Assembly (NCBI GenBank): GCA_038320275.1
Contig: JBBQEB010000028.1
Span: forward strand, 1-29,967
Reading direction: 5' to 3'
Source: Myxococcales bacterium
GTDB taxonomy: Bacteria > Myxococcota > Myxococcia > Myxococcales > Anaeromyxobacteraceae
Length of the DNA: 29,967 nucleotides
Shown: positions 16,911-25,426 of the stretch, piece after piece
Layout of the letters: every line of letters begins with the position of its first letter
How positions within the stretch are numbered: the first letter of the stretch is position 1
The notes under the pieces: model-generated
The model's database searches: none
Told to the model about the DNA's origin: nothing
Seen by the model: only the letters and a program-made list of their open reading frames with translations
Made by a program: the position numbers and the translations under genes

Positions 16911-17321
16911 CTACCTCGCGGCCGCGCCGGCGTCCGGCCGCGCCCCGCCGCCCGGGACGACGCTAGGGAGGGCAGTCCCGAGCGGCGCCGTGCCCGGGCC
17001 GCCGTCGGCGCCTGGTGGGGCTGCGACGCCACCGTCGGACGTGCTCGTCCCGGGTCCGCTGGCCGTGCTCTTCCCCGGGGACTGTCCGAGCGTGATGGCG
17101 CCGGTTCCTCCGGGCTGCGTCCCAGGCGCACCCGCGGTCCCGGGCGCCGCCGGTCCGGGCGAGCCGACGCCGGCGGCCCCGGGAGCACTGCCCGGCCCGG
17201 CGGCTTCCGCAGCGGTCGCGCTCCCCTGAGGCTGACCGCGCGTCTGCGCACGCGCGTCGGTGGCGTACGCGAGAGCGAGGGCGACCGCCGCGCCTCCCGC
17301 GAGCGCCCGGCGCGCGCTCAC
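16911..17321 (-). CDS. Exported Gly/Pro/Ala/Thr-rich low-complexity protein (136 aa)
   Basis: Signal peptide MSARRALAGGAAVALALAYATDARA; GTGA overlap with the upstream lipoprotein gene. Confidence 0.6.
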   Translation of the reverse strand: MSARRALAGGAAVALALAYATDARAQTRGQPQGSATAAEAAGPGSAPGAAGVGSPGPAAPGTAGAPGTQPGGTGAITLGQSPGKSTASGPGTSTSDGGVAAPPGADGGPGTAPLGTALPSVVPGGGARPDAGAAAR

Positions 17322-17848
17322 CGCTTCGCCTTCTTGCCCTTGGTCGCCTCGGCAGCCGGAGCAGCCTGCGCCCCGGGGGCTCTGGCCTCATGCGGAGCCG
17401 CCGGCGCGCTCGCCGACGCGCCCCCCACCGCTCCCGCCCGGGCGACCTCCACCTCGGGCGCCTCCTGCTGCCTCGACTGGCGCACGTCGGCGGACGACCA
17501 GCTCCGCACCGCGTCCCCGGACTTCCACGCCTCGGAGACCTCGCCCGGCCCCTGGCCCTGGGCGCTCTCGCCGTAGGCGGGCTTCGCGGCCCGCTCGGTC
17601 CTCGCGCCGAGCCGCGAGCCGCCGGCCGAGTCGCGGGCCGCGCCGGGCGCGCCCAGCACGCCGCGGCGGTAATCGCCGTAATCGAGCTCGCGCGCGGGCA
17701 GATAGGCGCGCTCGGCGTCCATGCCAGCGCTCTTGGTGGGCGGCGGCGTGTCCGAGAAGCCGCCCGCTCCCGAGCCCTTCATCTTGGAGCACGCGGCGCC
17801 CGCCGCGACCAGCGCGCCGGCCAACAGGAGCTTCTTGGAAGTGTTCAT
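17318..17848 (-). CDS. Hypothetical lipoprotein (176 aa)
   Basis: MNTSKKLLLAGALVAAGAA-C: basic N-region, hydrophobic core, lipobox-like Cys; TACGTT -10-like element 8 nt upstream of ATG. Confidence 0.7.
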   Translation of the reverse strand: MNTSKKLLLAGALVAAGAACSKMKGSGAGGFSDTPPPTKSAGMDAERAYLPARELDYGDYRRGVLGAPGAARDSAGGSRLGARTERAAKPAYGESAQGQGPGEVSEAWKSGDAVRSWSSADVRQSRQQEAPEVEVARAGAVGGASASAPAAPHEARAPGAQAAPAAEATKGKKAKR

Positions 17849-17930
17849 GGGTACGTAACGTAGTGGCTTGCGGAGGGGCTGGCGACGGACTACCCCCAAG
17901 GGCCGCTCCGCACGCCCGATTTCACCTCCC

Positions 17931-18857
17931 ATGCCCGCACCTCCCGCCATCCGGTGCCGCGCCCTCGTGAAGCGGTACGACGACGTGCTCGCGGTGGACG
18001 GGCTCGATCTGGAGATCCAGCGCGGCGAGTGCTTCGGGCTGCTCGGGCCGAACGGAGCCGGCAAGACGACAACCCTCGAGATCCTGGAAGGACTTCTCGA
18101 CCCCACCTCGGGAGAGGTGGAGGTGCTCGGACTCCGCTGGTCGCACGACGGCGCCGCGCTGCGCGAGCGGCTCGGCATCACGCTCCAGGAGACGCATCTT
18201 CCGGAGCGGCTCACCGTCGCGGAGCTGGTCGCGCTGTTCCAATCCTTCTACGCGGCGGGGCGGGAGCCGGAGGAGGTGATCCGGCTCGTCTCGCTGGAGG
18301 AGAAGCGCAGCGCCTGGTACGACAAGCTCTCCGGCGGGCAGAAGCAGCGCCTCGCCGTGGCCTGCGCGCTGGTCGGAGACCCGGAGCTGCTGTTCCTCGA
18401 CGAGCCCACCACCGGCCTCGATCCACAGTCGCGGCGGCAGCTCTGGGGCGTGGTGGCGGGACTCAAGGGGGCCGGCAAGACGGTGGTCCTCACCACCCAC
18501 TACATGGACGAGGCCGAGCGGCTGTGCGACCGGGTGGCCATCGTGGACCACGGCAAGGTGATCGCGCTCGGCACGCCGCGCGAGCTCATCGATCACGTGG
18601 CCGGCCACGAGGTGGTGGAGTTCGCCTGCGCGGGAGCGGCGCTCGACGAGGCCGCGCTCGCCGCGCTACCGGGTGCGCGCGGGCTGCGCAAGGCGGGCGA
18701 AGGGTGGGCACTCACCGTCGATCGCGTGCACGTGACCGTGCCGGCGCTGCTCGCCCACCTCGACGCGGCTGGCGCTCCGCTCGAGCGGCTCACAACTCAC
18801 TCGGCGTCGCTGGAGGACGTCTTCGTCGCCCTCACCGGGCGCAGGCTTCGCGAATGA
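17931..18857 (+). CDS. ABC-2 type exporter ATP-binding protein (DrrA/NodI-like)
   Basis: GPNGAGKTT, LSGGQKQR, LLFLDEPTTGLD, LTTHYMDEAERLCDR, SLEDVFVALTG. Confidence 0.95.
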   Translation: MPAPPAIRCRALVKRYDDVLAVDGLDLEIQRGECFGLLGPNGAGKTTTLEILEGLLDPTSGEVEVLGLRWSHDGAALRERLGITLQETHLPERLTVAELVALFQSFYAAGREPEEVIRLVSLEEKRSAWYDKLSGGQKQRLAVACALVGDPELLFLDEPTTGLDPQSRRQLWGVVAGLKGAGKTVVLTTHYMDEAERLCDRVAIVDHGKVIALGTPRELIDHVAGHEVVEFACAGAALDEAALAALPGARGLRKAGEGWALTVDRVHVTVPALLAHLDAAGAPLERLTTHSASLEDVFVALTGRRLRE

Positions 18858-19883
18858 GCCACTCGCTCCTGCAGCTCACGCTGGCCCGGATCCGGCTCTT
18901 CGTGCGCGAGCCCTCGGCGGTGTTCTGGACGTTCGGGTTTCCGCTCCTCCTCGCGGTCGCGCTCGGCATCGCATTTCGCGCCCGCCCCCCCCGAGCCGGT
19001 GCTGGCGATGGTGCAGGAGGGGCCGGGCGCGCAGGAGCTGGCCGCAGCCCTGGGGCGCGGGGAGCGGGTGGGCGCGCGGGTCGCGTCCGAGGGCGAGGCG
19101 AGGCGGGCGCTGCGCGCGGGCAGGGTGGCCCTGGTGGTCGTCCCGGGCACGCCGCGCACGTACCTCTACGACCCCACCCGGCCCGAGAGCAGGCTCGCGC
19201 GCGGGGTGGTGGACGACGTGCTGCAGCGCGCCGCCGGCCGGACCGACCCGGTGGCGGTGGCCGACCGTCCCGTGGTGGAGCCGGGGGCCCGCTACATCGA
19301 CTTCCTCATCCCGGGCCTCGTCGGCGTGAACATCATGTCGAGCGGCATGTGGGGGATCGCCTGGGTCATCGTCGAGACGCGCCAGAAGAAGCTGCTGAAG
19401 CGGCTGGTGGCGACGCCCATGCGCCGCGGCGAGTTCCTGCTGTCCTTCGTGGTGCTCCGGATGCTGTTCCTCACCCTCGAGGTGCCGGTGCTGCTGGGCT
19501 TCGGCTTCCTCGCCTTCGGCGTGAAGGTGCACGGCTCTCTCGCCCTCGTGGTCGGGCTCGCGTTCCTGGGCGCCCTCGCGTTCAGCGGGCTCGGGCTCCT
19601 GGTGGCCTCGCGCGCGCAGAACGCGCAGACGGCGAGCGGGCTCATCAACCTCGTCATGATGCCGATGTTCATCCTGTCGGGCGTCTTCTTCTCGGCCGCC
19701 AACTTCCCGGACGTCATGCAGCCGTTCGTCCGCGCCCTTCCGCTCACGGCCCTGAACGACAGCCTCCGGGCGGTGATGAACGAGGGAGCGGGCCTCGCCG
19801 CGGTGGCGCCGCAGGCCGCCGGGCTCGCGGCCCTGGCGGCGGTGACCTTCGGGGTGGCGCTCCGCGTCTTTCGCTGGACGTGA
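18854..19883 (+). pseudogene. ABC-2 type permease split by a +1 frameshift in a C8 run at 18985-18992 (real lesion, phase-variable tract or sequencing error)
   Basis: ATG 18854 (ATGA overlap) gives MSHSLLQLTLARIRLFVREPSAVFWTFGFPLLLAVALGIAFRARPP. The rest (EPVLAMVQ...RYIDFLIPG...LKRLVATP...LSGVFFS...LPLT...FRWT) is in the +1 frame. Removing one C joins them. Confidence 0.85.
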
Positions 19884-19953
19884 ACGGCCGCCGCGCGCAC
19901 GAACGCGGCCACTTCGACGCGCGCCCGGCGCGGAGCGCGCTAAGAGTAGCCGC

Positions 19954-20286
19954 GTGACCCCCGAGCAGCGCCTGACCGCGTTCAGGAAGATGGTGGAAGC
20001 GCGGCCTGACGAGCCGTTCGCGCGCTACTCGCTCGCCATGAGCCATCGCTCGCTCGGCGAGCTCGAGGAGGCGGCGCGCCAGTTCGAGGAGCTCACGCGC
20101 CGGCGCCCGGAGTACGTCCCCACCTACCTCATGCTCGGGCAGGTCCTCGAGGCGCTCGGGCGCCGGGAGGAGGCCACCCGCGCCTACGTGGAAGGGCTGG
20201 CGGCCTCGGGCAGGGCGGGGGACGATCACGCGGGGAGCGAGCTCGCGGCGGCGCTCGAGAGCCTCCGCGCCAAAGAGGCCACCTGA
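19954..20286 (+). CDS. Tetratricopeptide repeat protein (110 aa)
   Basis: PFARYSLAMSHRSLGELEEAARQFEEL...PEYVPTYLMLGQVLEALGRREEATRAY: two TPR-like units; ends 3 nt before fabI. Confidence 0.85.
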   Translation: MTPEQRLTAFRKMVEARPDEPFARYSLAMSHRSLGELEEAARQFEELTRRRPEYVPTYLMLGQVLEALGRREEATRAYVEGLAASGRAGDDHAGSELAAALESLRAKEAT

Positions 20287-20289
20287 CCG

Positions 20290-21123
20290 ATGCCCGAACC
20301 GACGCAGCCCATCGACACCGAAGGAGACGTCCCCCCCTCCACCGGCCACGGCCTCATGCTGGGCCGGCGCGCGCTCATCACCGGCGTCGCCAACGATCGC
20401 AGCATCGCCTGGGGCATCGCGAACGCGTTTCAGCGCAACGGCGCCGAGGTCGCGTTCACCTATCCCGGGGAGGGCATGGAGAAGCACGTCCGCCCGCTGG
20501 TGACCCCCATCGCGAAGGCCATCGTCGATTGCGACGTGTCCCGGGACGGTTCCATCGACGGCGCCGCGAGGGAGCTCGCGAAGACCTGGGACCACCTCGA
20601 CGTACTGGTGCACTCGATCGCCTTCGCCCCCAAGGAGGCGATGAGTGGGCGCTTCGTCGATGCCACCAGCCGCGAGGCCTGGCGCATCGCGCTGGAGGTG
20701 TCCGCCTACTCGCTGGTGGCGCTGGGGCGGGCGTTCAAGGGCATGATGAGGCCCGGCTCGAGCATCATCACCATCAGCTACTACGGCGCCGAGAAGGTGG
20801 TCACGAACTACAACGTGATGGGGATCGCCAAGGCCGCGCTGGAATGCAGCGTCCGGTATATGGCTCAGGATCTGGGCGCCGACGGGATCCGGGTGAACGC
20901 CATCAGCGCGGGGCCGCTGAAGACCCTTGCAGCCGCCAGCATCAAGGGCATGCGCGGCATGCTGGCCGAAAACGCGGAGCGCACGCCGCTGCGGCGCAAC
21001 ATCGAGCAGGGGGACGTCGCCGACGCGGCGCTGTACCTCTGCTCCGAGCTGTCGCGCAACGTCACCGGCGAGGTGATCCACGTCGATGCCGGCCAGAACA
21101 TCATGGGCGTGGTGAGCATGTGA
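20290..21123 (+). CDS. fabI: Enoyl-ACP reductase
   Basis: ITGVANDRSIAWGIA, LVHSIAFAP, SAYSL, YNVMGIAKAALE (Y-x6-K), RVNAISAGPLKTLAA, TGEVIHVDAG. Confidence 0.95.
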   Translation: MPEPTQPIDTEGDVPPSTGHGLMLGRRALITGVANDRSIAWGIANAFQRNGAEVAFTYPGEGMEKHVRPLVTPIAKAIVDCDVSRDGSIDGAARELAKTWDHLDVLVHSIAFAPKEAMSGRFVDATSREAWRIALEVSAYSLVALGRAFKGMMRPGSSIITISYYGAEKVVTNYNVMGIAKAALECSVRYMAQDLGADGIRVNAISAGPLKTLAAASIKGMRGMLAENAERTPLRRNIEQGDVADAALYLCSELSRNVTGEVIHVDAGQNIMGVVSM

Positions 21124-21139
21124 CCGCGCGGGCGCGCGG

Positions 21140-21493
21140 ATGACCCAGCGGTTGCGGTGGATCCTCCTCGCCTTCATGATCGCCGGGGCGGTGGGGGCAG
21201 TCCTGCTGTTCAGCACCTTCAAGCACCCCTGCGGCGGGCTCCTGCGGATGTACGCGGTCGCCTACGATCGCGCCAAGGGCTGCACCGCCGACGCGGACTG
21301 CATCGTCGATCCCTTCCCGACCCTCGGCCCCGGGCTCTGCGACCGGACCCGGGCGCGCTCCAGCTCGCACGACGAGATGGAGCGCGTCGAGCGGGCCTGG
21401 GCGGAGGCGAGCTGTCCGGCGCCGGGAGAGCCCTGCCCGGCGGTGGCCGGAGTCCGGTGCGCGCGGGGCAGGTGCGAGAGCGCGCTGCGGTAG
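21140..21493 (+). CDS. Membrane-anchored or exported Cys-rich small protein (117 aa, 8 Cys)
   Basis: N-terminal hydrophobic segment WILLAFMIAGAVGAVLLF; CTADADC and C-terminal C-ARGR-C. Confidence 0.7.
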   Translation: MTQRLRWILLAFMIAGAVGAVLLFSTFKHPCGGLLRMYAVAYDRAKGCTADADCIVDPFPTLGPGLCDRTRARSSSHDEMERVERAWAEASCPAPGEPCPAVAGVRCARGRCESALR

Positions 21494-21510
21494 CGACCCG
21501 CGGCCTGCGG

Positions 21511-22173
21511 CTACACGAAGCCGCGGGCCCGGCCCTTCGCCTCGCCGACGAACGGGTTCGAGCGCCGCTCGTCGCCAAGGAGCGCGCTCGGCCCGTGGCC
21601 GGGGTGGAAGCGCACCGCGTCTCCCAGGGGAAAGAGCTTGCCGATGATCGACCGCGCCAGGGCCTCGTAGTCGCCGCCCGGCAGGTCGGTGCGCCCCACC
21701 GAGCCCGCGAAGAGGGTGTCGCCGGTGAGGAGGGTCCGAGCCTCTTCGAACCACAGGCAGCAGGATCCCTGGGTGTGGCCTGGAGTGTGGATCACGCGAA
21801 CGCTCTGGGCACCCAGCGCGAAGGTGTCGCCATCCGCGTGCAGGTGCTCGGCCACCGGCGGCTCCGAGAGCCCCTCGAACCCGAACATCTCCGCCTGCTT
21901 GGGGAGAGCCGCCAGCCAGCCGCGATCGGCCTCGTGGATCTGGGCCGCGCATCCGAAGTGTGCCTTGGCCTCGGTGCAGCCGGCGACGTGATCGATGTGG
22001 CCGTGGGTGAGGACGATCCGCGCGACCCGCAAACCCTCCGGCTGCAGGAGGGGGAGCACGCGGTGGAGCTCGCCGCCAGGATCGACGAGCAGGGCTTCGC
22101 GGCTCTCCTGGTCGCCCACGACGTAGGTGTTCTCGGCGAAGGGGCCCACCACCGCGTGCCGGACGACGAGCAT
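21511..22173 (-). CDS. Metallo-beta-lactamase-fold hydrolase (glyoxalase II-like, YcbL/GloC type)
   Basis: ENTY, VDPG, LTHGHIDH, HTPGHT, TGDTLFAGSVGRTDLPGG, PGHG, ERRSNPF. Confidence 0.92.
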   Translation of the reverse strand: MLVVRHAVVGPFAENTYVVGDQESREALLVDPGGELHRVLPLLQPEGLRVARIVLTHGHIDHVAGCTEAKAHFGCAAQIHEADRGWLAALPKQAEMFGFEGLSEPPVAEHLHADGDTFALGAQSVRVIHTPGHTQGSCCLWFEEARTLLTGDTLFAGSVGRTDLPGGDYEALARSIIGKLFPLGDAVRFHPGHGPSALLGDERRSNPFVGEAKGRARGFV

Positions 22174-22195
22174 GGGCGGAGGGCCTTGCAGACCG

Positions 22196-22597
22196 CTAGG
22201 TGGTGAAGGACTGGCCGCAGCCGCAGGTGTTCTTGGCGCTGGGGTTGTTGAACTTGAACCCCGCTCCCTGCAGCCCCACCACGTAGTCCACCGAGACGCC
22301 CTGCAGGTACATGGAGCTCATCGGGTCGAGGTAGACCTTGAGCCCGTCCTGCTCGTACACCATGTCGCCGTCGCGCTCCGCGTTCTCGAAGTCCATCGAG
22401 TACTGGAAGCCGGAGCAGCCGCCGCCCACCACGCCCACGCGGATGCCGTAGTCCTGCAGGCTCTCGCGAGACATCGCCTCGCGGACCATCTCCACGGCCT
22501 TGCCGGTGAGGTTGACCGGGCACTCGCCGAGGTCGGATTGCGACGGAGCGCTGGGCTGGGCAGGCGTCGCGCTCCGCTGGGTGGTGGTCGTCTCCAT
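22196..22597 (-). CDS. A-type Fe-S carrier (IscA/ErpA/HesB family)
   Basis: GGGCSGFQY, YLQGVSVDY, GFKFNNP, CGCGQSF; GGAG SD. Confidence 0.95.
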   Translation of the reverse strand: METTTTQRSATPAQPSAPSQSDLGECPVNLTGKAVEMVREAMSRESLQDYGIRVGVVGGGCSGFQYSMDFENAERDGDMVYEQDGLKVYLDPMSSMYLQGVSVDYVVGLQGAGFKFNNPSAKNTCGCGQSFTT

Positions 22598-22720
22598 GGC
22601 TGCTGTTCTCCTGGATGCTGTTGGCTGTTTACTTGATCCCGATCACGAGCTTAACCTCGACCGGTCCCGTCTTCAACGCGGGAGGAAAAGGGGCCGCGAG
22701 AGGCCACCGCGAGACGCCCT

Positions 22721-23416
22721 CTACCCCGCCCGCCCGGAGAGGTGGCGTCCCCCATCCACCGCAAGCACCGCCCCGGTGACGAACTTCGCCCCGGCGAGGT
22801 AGCGGACCGCCTCGGCCACGTCGGCGGGGTCGCCCCCGCGCCCGAGCGGGATCCTGCGGGCGAGCTCCCGCCTGCGGGCGGGGGAATAGCTCTCGGGCCA
22901 GAGCACCGTCCCGGGCGCGACCGCGTTCACCCTGACCCGGGGCGCGAGCTCGAGCGCGAGGCACTCGGTGAGCCGCACCAGCGCCGCTTTCGAGGCTGCG
23001 TACGCGGCGTACCCCCGCCACGGCACCAGCCCTCCGCCCACGTCGGCGATGTTCACGATGGAGCCCCCGGCGCGTCGGAGGAGCGGCGCCAGCGCGCCGG
23101 CGAGAAGAAGAGGCGCCCGCGCGTTCAGGTCCATCTGCGCGTCGAAGGAAGCCGCGTCGAGCGCCTCGACCGGCTGCGGCTCGAAGCCCGCCGCGGAGCA
23201 GACGAGCAGGTCGAGGCGGGAGAAGCGGGCCTGGAAGGCGCTCGCGAGGAGCGCCGGGCCGTCGGGCGCCGCGAGGTCGGCCCGGAACGACGCCAGCCGC
23301 CGCGGTGCAGGGTGGCTGTGGGTGTGGGCGGCGACCTCCCACCCGTGCCGGGCCAGGTCGAGCGCGATGGCCCGGCCCACCCGGACTCCGGCCCCGGTGA
23401 CCAGGGCCACCTTCAC
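22721..23416 (-). CDS. SDR oxidoreductase, pteridine reductase (FolM/PTR1-like)
   Basis: TGAGVRVG (Arg in the Gly-rich loop, typical of pteridine reductases), IVNIAD, YAASK, LALELAPRVRVNAVAPG, VTG...VDGG. Confidence 0.8.
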   Translation of the reverse strand: MKVALVTGAGVRVGRAIALDLARHGWEVAAHTHSHPAPRRLASFRADLAAPDGPALLASAFQARFSRLDLLVCSAAGFEPQPVEALDAASFDAQMDLNARAPLLLAGALAPLLRRAGGSIVNIADVGGGLVPWRGYAAYAASKAALVRLTECLALELAPRVRVNAVAPGTVLWPESYSPARRRELARRIPLGRGGDPADVAEAVRYLAGAKFVTGAVLAVDGGRHLSGRAG

Positions 23417-23967
23417 CCGCGGTTGGGCTGCCAGGGGATCTCCGGCGTGCCGGCCCGGTGGTTGGCGAGCCGGGCTGCGACGAAGAGGAAGTCGGACAGC
23501 CGGTTGAGGAAGGCGAGCACCTCCGCGTGCACCGGCGAGGCGTGGTGAAGGGAGATCACCCGGCGCTCCGCCCGCCGGCAGACCGCGCGCGCGAGGTGGA
23601 GGTCGGCGGCGAGGGGCGCGCCGCCGGGGAGCACGAAGCTCCGCAGCGGCGCGAGCTCCGCCTCGAACGCATCGATGGCCCCCTCCAGCGCGGCGGTCCA
23701 GGCTGGATCGACCGACGGCAGCACCGAGCGGGCCTTGGCTCCCGGGGGCGTGGCGAGCTCCGAGCCGATGGTGAAGAGCTCGTCCTGCACGGCTGCCAGG
23801 TGGCGGACGATCTCGGGATCTCCGCCGCGAGCCCGCGCCACCCCCAGCGCCGCGTTGAGCTCGTCCACGGTGCCGTACGCCTCCACCCGCCCATCGTCCT
23901 TGGGCACGCGGGGTCCGCCGAAGAGGCCCGTATCTCCGCCGTCGCCGGTCTTCGTGTAGATCTTCAT
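23413..23967 (-). CDS. ATP:cob(I)alamin adenosyltransferase, PduO type
   Basis: MKIYTKTGDGGDTGL, RVEAYGTVDELNA, FVLPGG, ARAVCRRAERR, LNRLSDFLF; true start ATG 23967, not 24423. Confidence 0.93.
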   Translation of the reverse strand: MKIYTKTGDGGDTGLFGGPRVPKDDGRVEAYGTVDELNAALGVARARGGDPEIVRHLAAVQDELFTIGSELATPPGAKARSVLPSVDPAWTAALEGAIDAFEAELAPLRSFVLPGGAPLAADLHLARAVCRRAERRVISLHHASPVHAEVLAFLNRLSDFLFVAARLANHRAGTPEIPWQPNRG

Positions 23968-24016
23968 CCCCCGCGAGCTAACATCCGGCTCGCCGGCGCC
24001 GCAACCCCAGGAACCC

Positions 24017-25357
24017 ATGCTCCCGTTCACCCCCAGCGCGCTGGCGGAGATCGGCCTCGAGGCCGCGCGGCGCGCGTGGGCCGGCGGCATGACCGTCCTC
24101 CTGCCCGACGGGGTCGAGGTCCCCATTCCGCTCGTGGCGGAGCCGGAGGTCCGCTCTCGAGCCGAGCTCGCCGAGCTCGCAGCCGAGGCGCGGGCGATCC
24201 TCTCTGCGGCGGTGAAGCTCGCGCGGGCGCTGCTCGCCGGCGGCGACGCGCAGGATCGGGAAGCGCTCCTGGGGCCCTTCGAGGGCCTGGAGCGGGAGGC
24301 CATGGAGCGGCTCTTCGTGGAGGCGCCCTGCCCGGTGGTGATGGCGCGCGTCGACTTCTTTCCGCCGTCCGAGCCGGGCGCGAAGCCGCGCGCGATCGAG
24401 CTCAACGCCACCATCCCCGCCATGAGCGGCTACTCCGACCTGGCCGCGCACGCCTGGCTGCGCGCCGCGGCGAGCGCCCGCGGGCTCGCCCCCCGGCAGG
24501 CAGAGGACCTGGTGGCGGCCTGCGGGTCGAACATGGAGCGGCTGCGGCGCGCCCTGACGACCTTCTACGTGGAGAGGGGCGGAGCGCGGGCGCGGCCCTC
24601 CATCGCGGTCGTCTCGCGTCCGGGCGACTCGCAGCAGGGGGAGCTGCGCCGGCTCGTCGAGCACCTGCGCGCGATGGGACACCGGGCCGAGCACCTCACC
24701 CCGGGCTCCTGCGAGCCGGAGCGATGGGACGTGCTCTACCGCCACGTGTGGGGCCACCGGACTCCGCCCGAGAGCCCGTTCGCGCGGGCGCTGCGGGCTC
24801 CCGGCCAGTCCGTGCTGGCGAATCCCGTGAACGGGCTGCTCGAGGCGAAGGCGCTCTTCGCCCGCTTGTCCGAGTGTGGCGAGGACGGAGCCCTGGCCAG
24901 CCGCGCAGGGCTCGATGACGTCGAGCGCGCGGCAGCCGCCCGCCTGCCCTACTCGCGCCGGCTCGACCCGGCCATGGCGGCCCGGGCCGTCGCCGAGCGG
25001 GAGCGATGGGTGCTGAAGCGGAGCTGGGACTATGGCGGCAAGAGCGTCCACCTCGGGACCGAGCTCGCGCCGGATGCGTGGGAGCGGGTCGTCGAGGAGG
25101 CGCTCGCGGATGCGCGGGGGGGCGGATTCGTGGTGCAGGAGCGGGTGGCCGCCGCGCGTCGGCCCGCCACCCGGGTCGGGCCGGACGGGGTCCTTCAGGG
25201 CGACTTCTACCGCGACGTGTCGACCTACTGCGGGCTCGGTCCGGACGCTCCTGGCGGGAGCGTGGTGCGCGCGGCCTCGTCGCCCGTGGTGAACCTCCTT
25301 GGAGGCGGCGGCCTGGCGCCCGTCATCCCGGAGGACGTGGCGGCCGCGCTCCTGTGA
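24017..25357 (+). CDS. Circularly permuted ATP-grasp amide/peptide ligase-like protein (446 aa)
   Basis: ARVDFF ... IELNATIP (RxD and ExN occur early, as in circularly permuted ATP-grasps), EAKALFA, WVLKRSWDYGGKSVHLG, FVVQERV, SVVR...VVNL. Confidence 0.72.
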   Translation: MLPFTPSALAEIGLEAARRAWAGGMTVLLPDGVEVPIPLVAEPEVRSRAELAELAAEARAILSAAVKLARALLAGGDAQDREALLGPFEGLEREAMERLFVEAPCPVVMARVDFFPPSEPGAKPRAIELNATIPAMSGYSDLAAHAWLRAAASARGLAPRQAEDLVAACGSNMERLRRALTTFYVERGGARARPSIAVVSRPGDSQQGELRRLVEHLRAMGHRAEHLTPGSCEPERWDVLYRHVWGHRTPPESPFARALRAPGQSVLANPVNGLLEAKALFARLSECGEDGALASRAGLDDVERAAAARLPYSRRLDPAMAARAVAERERWVLKRSWDYGGKSVHLGTELAPDAWERVVEEALADARGGGFVVQERVAAARRPATRVGPDGVLQGDFYRDVSTYCGLGPDAPGGSVVRAASSPVVNLLGGGGLAPVIPEDVAAALL

Positions 25358-25426
25358 AGTACGGCACCATGTCGGGGCAGGGCGCAGGTCGAGCCGGCGC
25401 CCCCGACCTGCTAGAGTCCGCCGCCC

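Noticed and set aside
21511..22173. Beta-lactamase resistance gene
   Set aside because: No signal peptide, and the GRTDLPGG and ERRSNPF motifs indicate the housekeeping glyoxalase II-like group.
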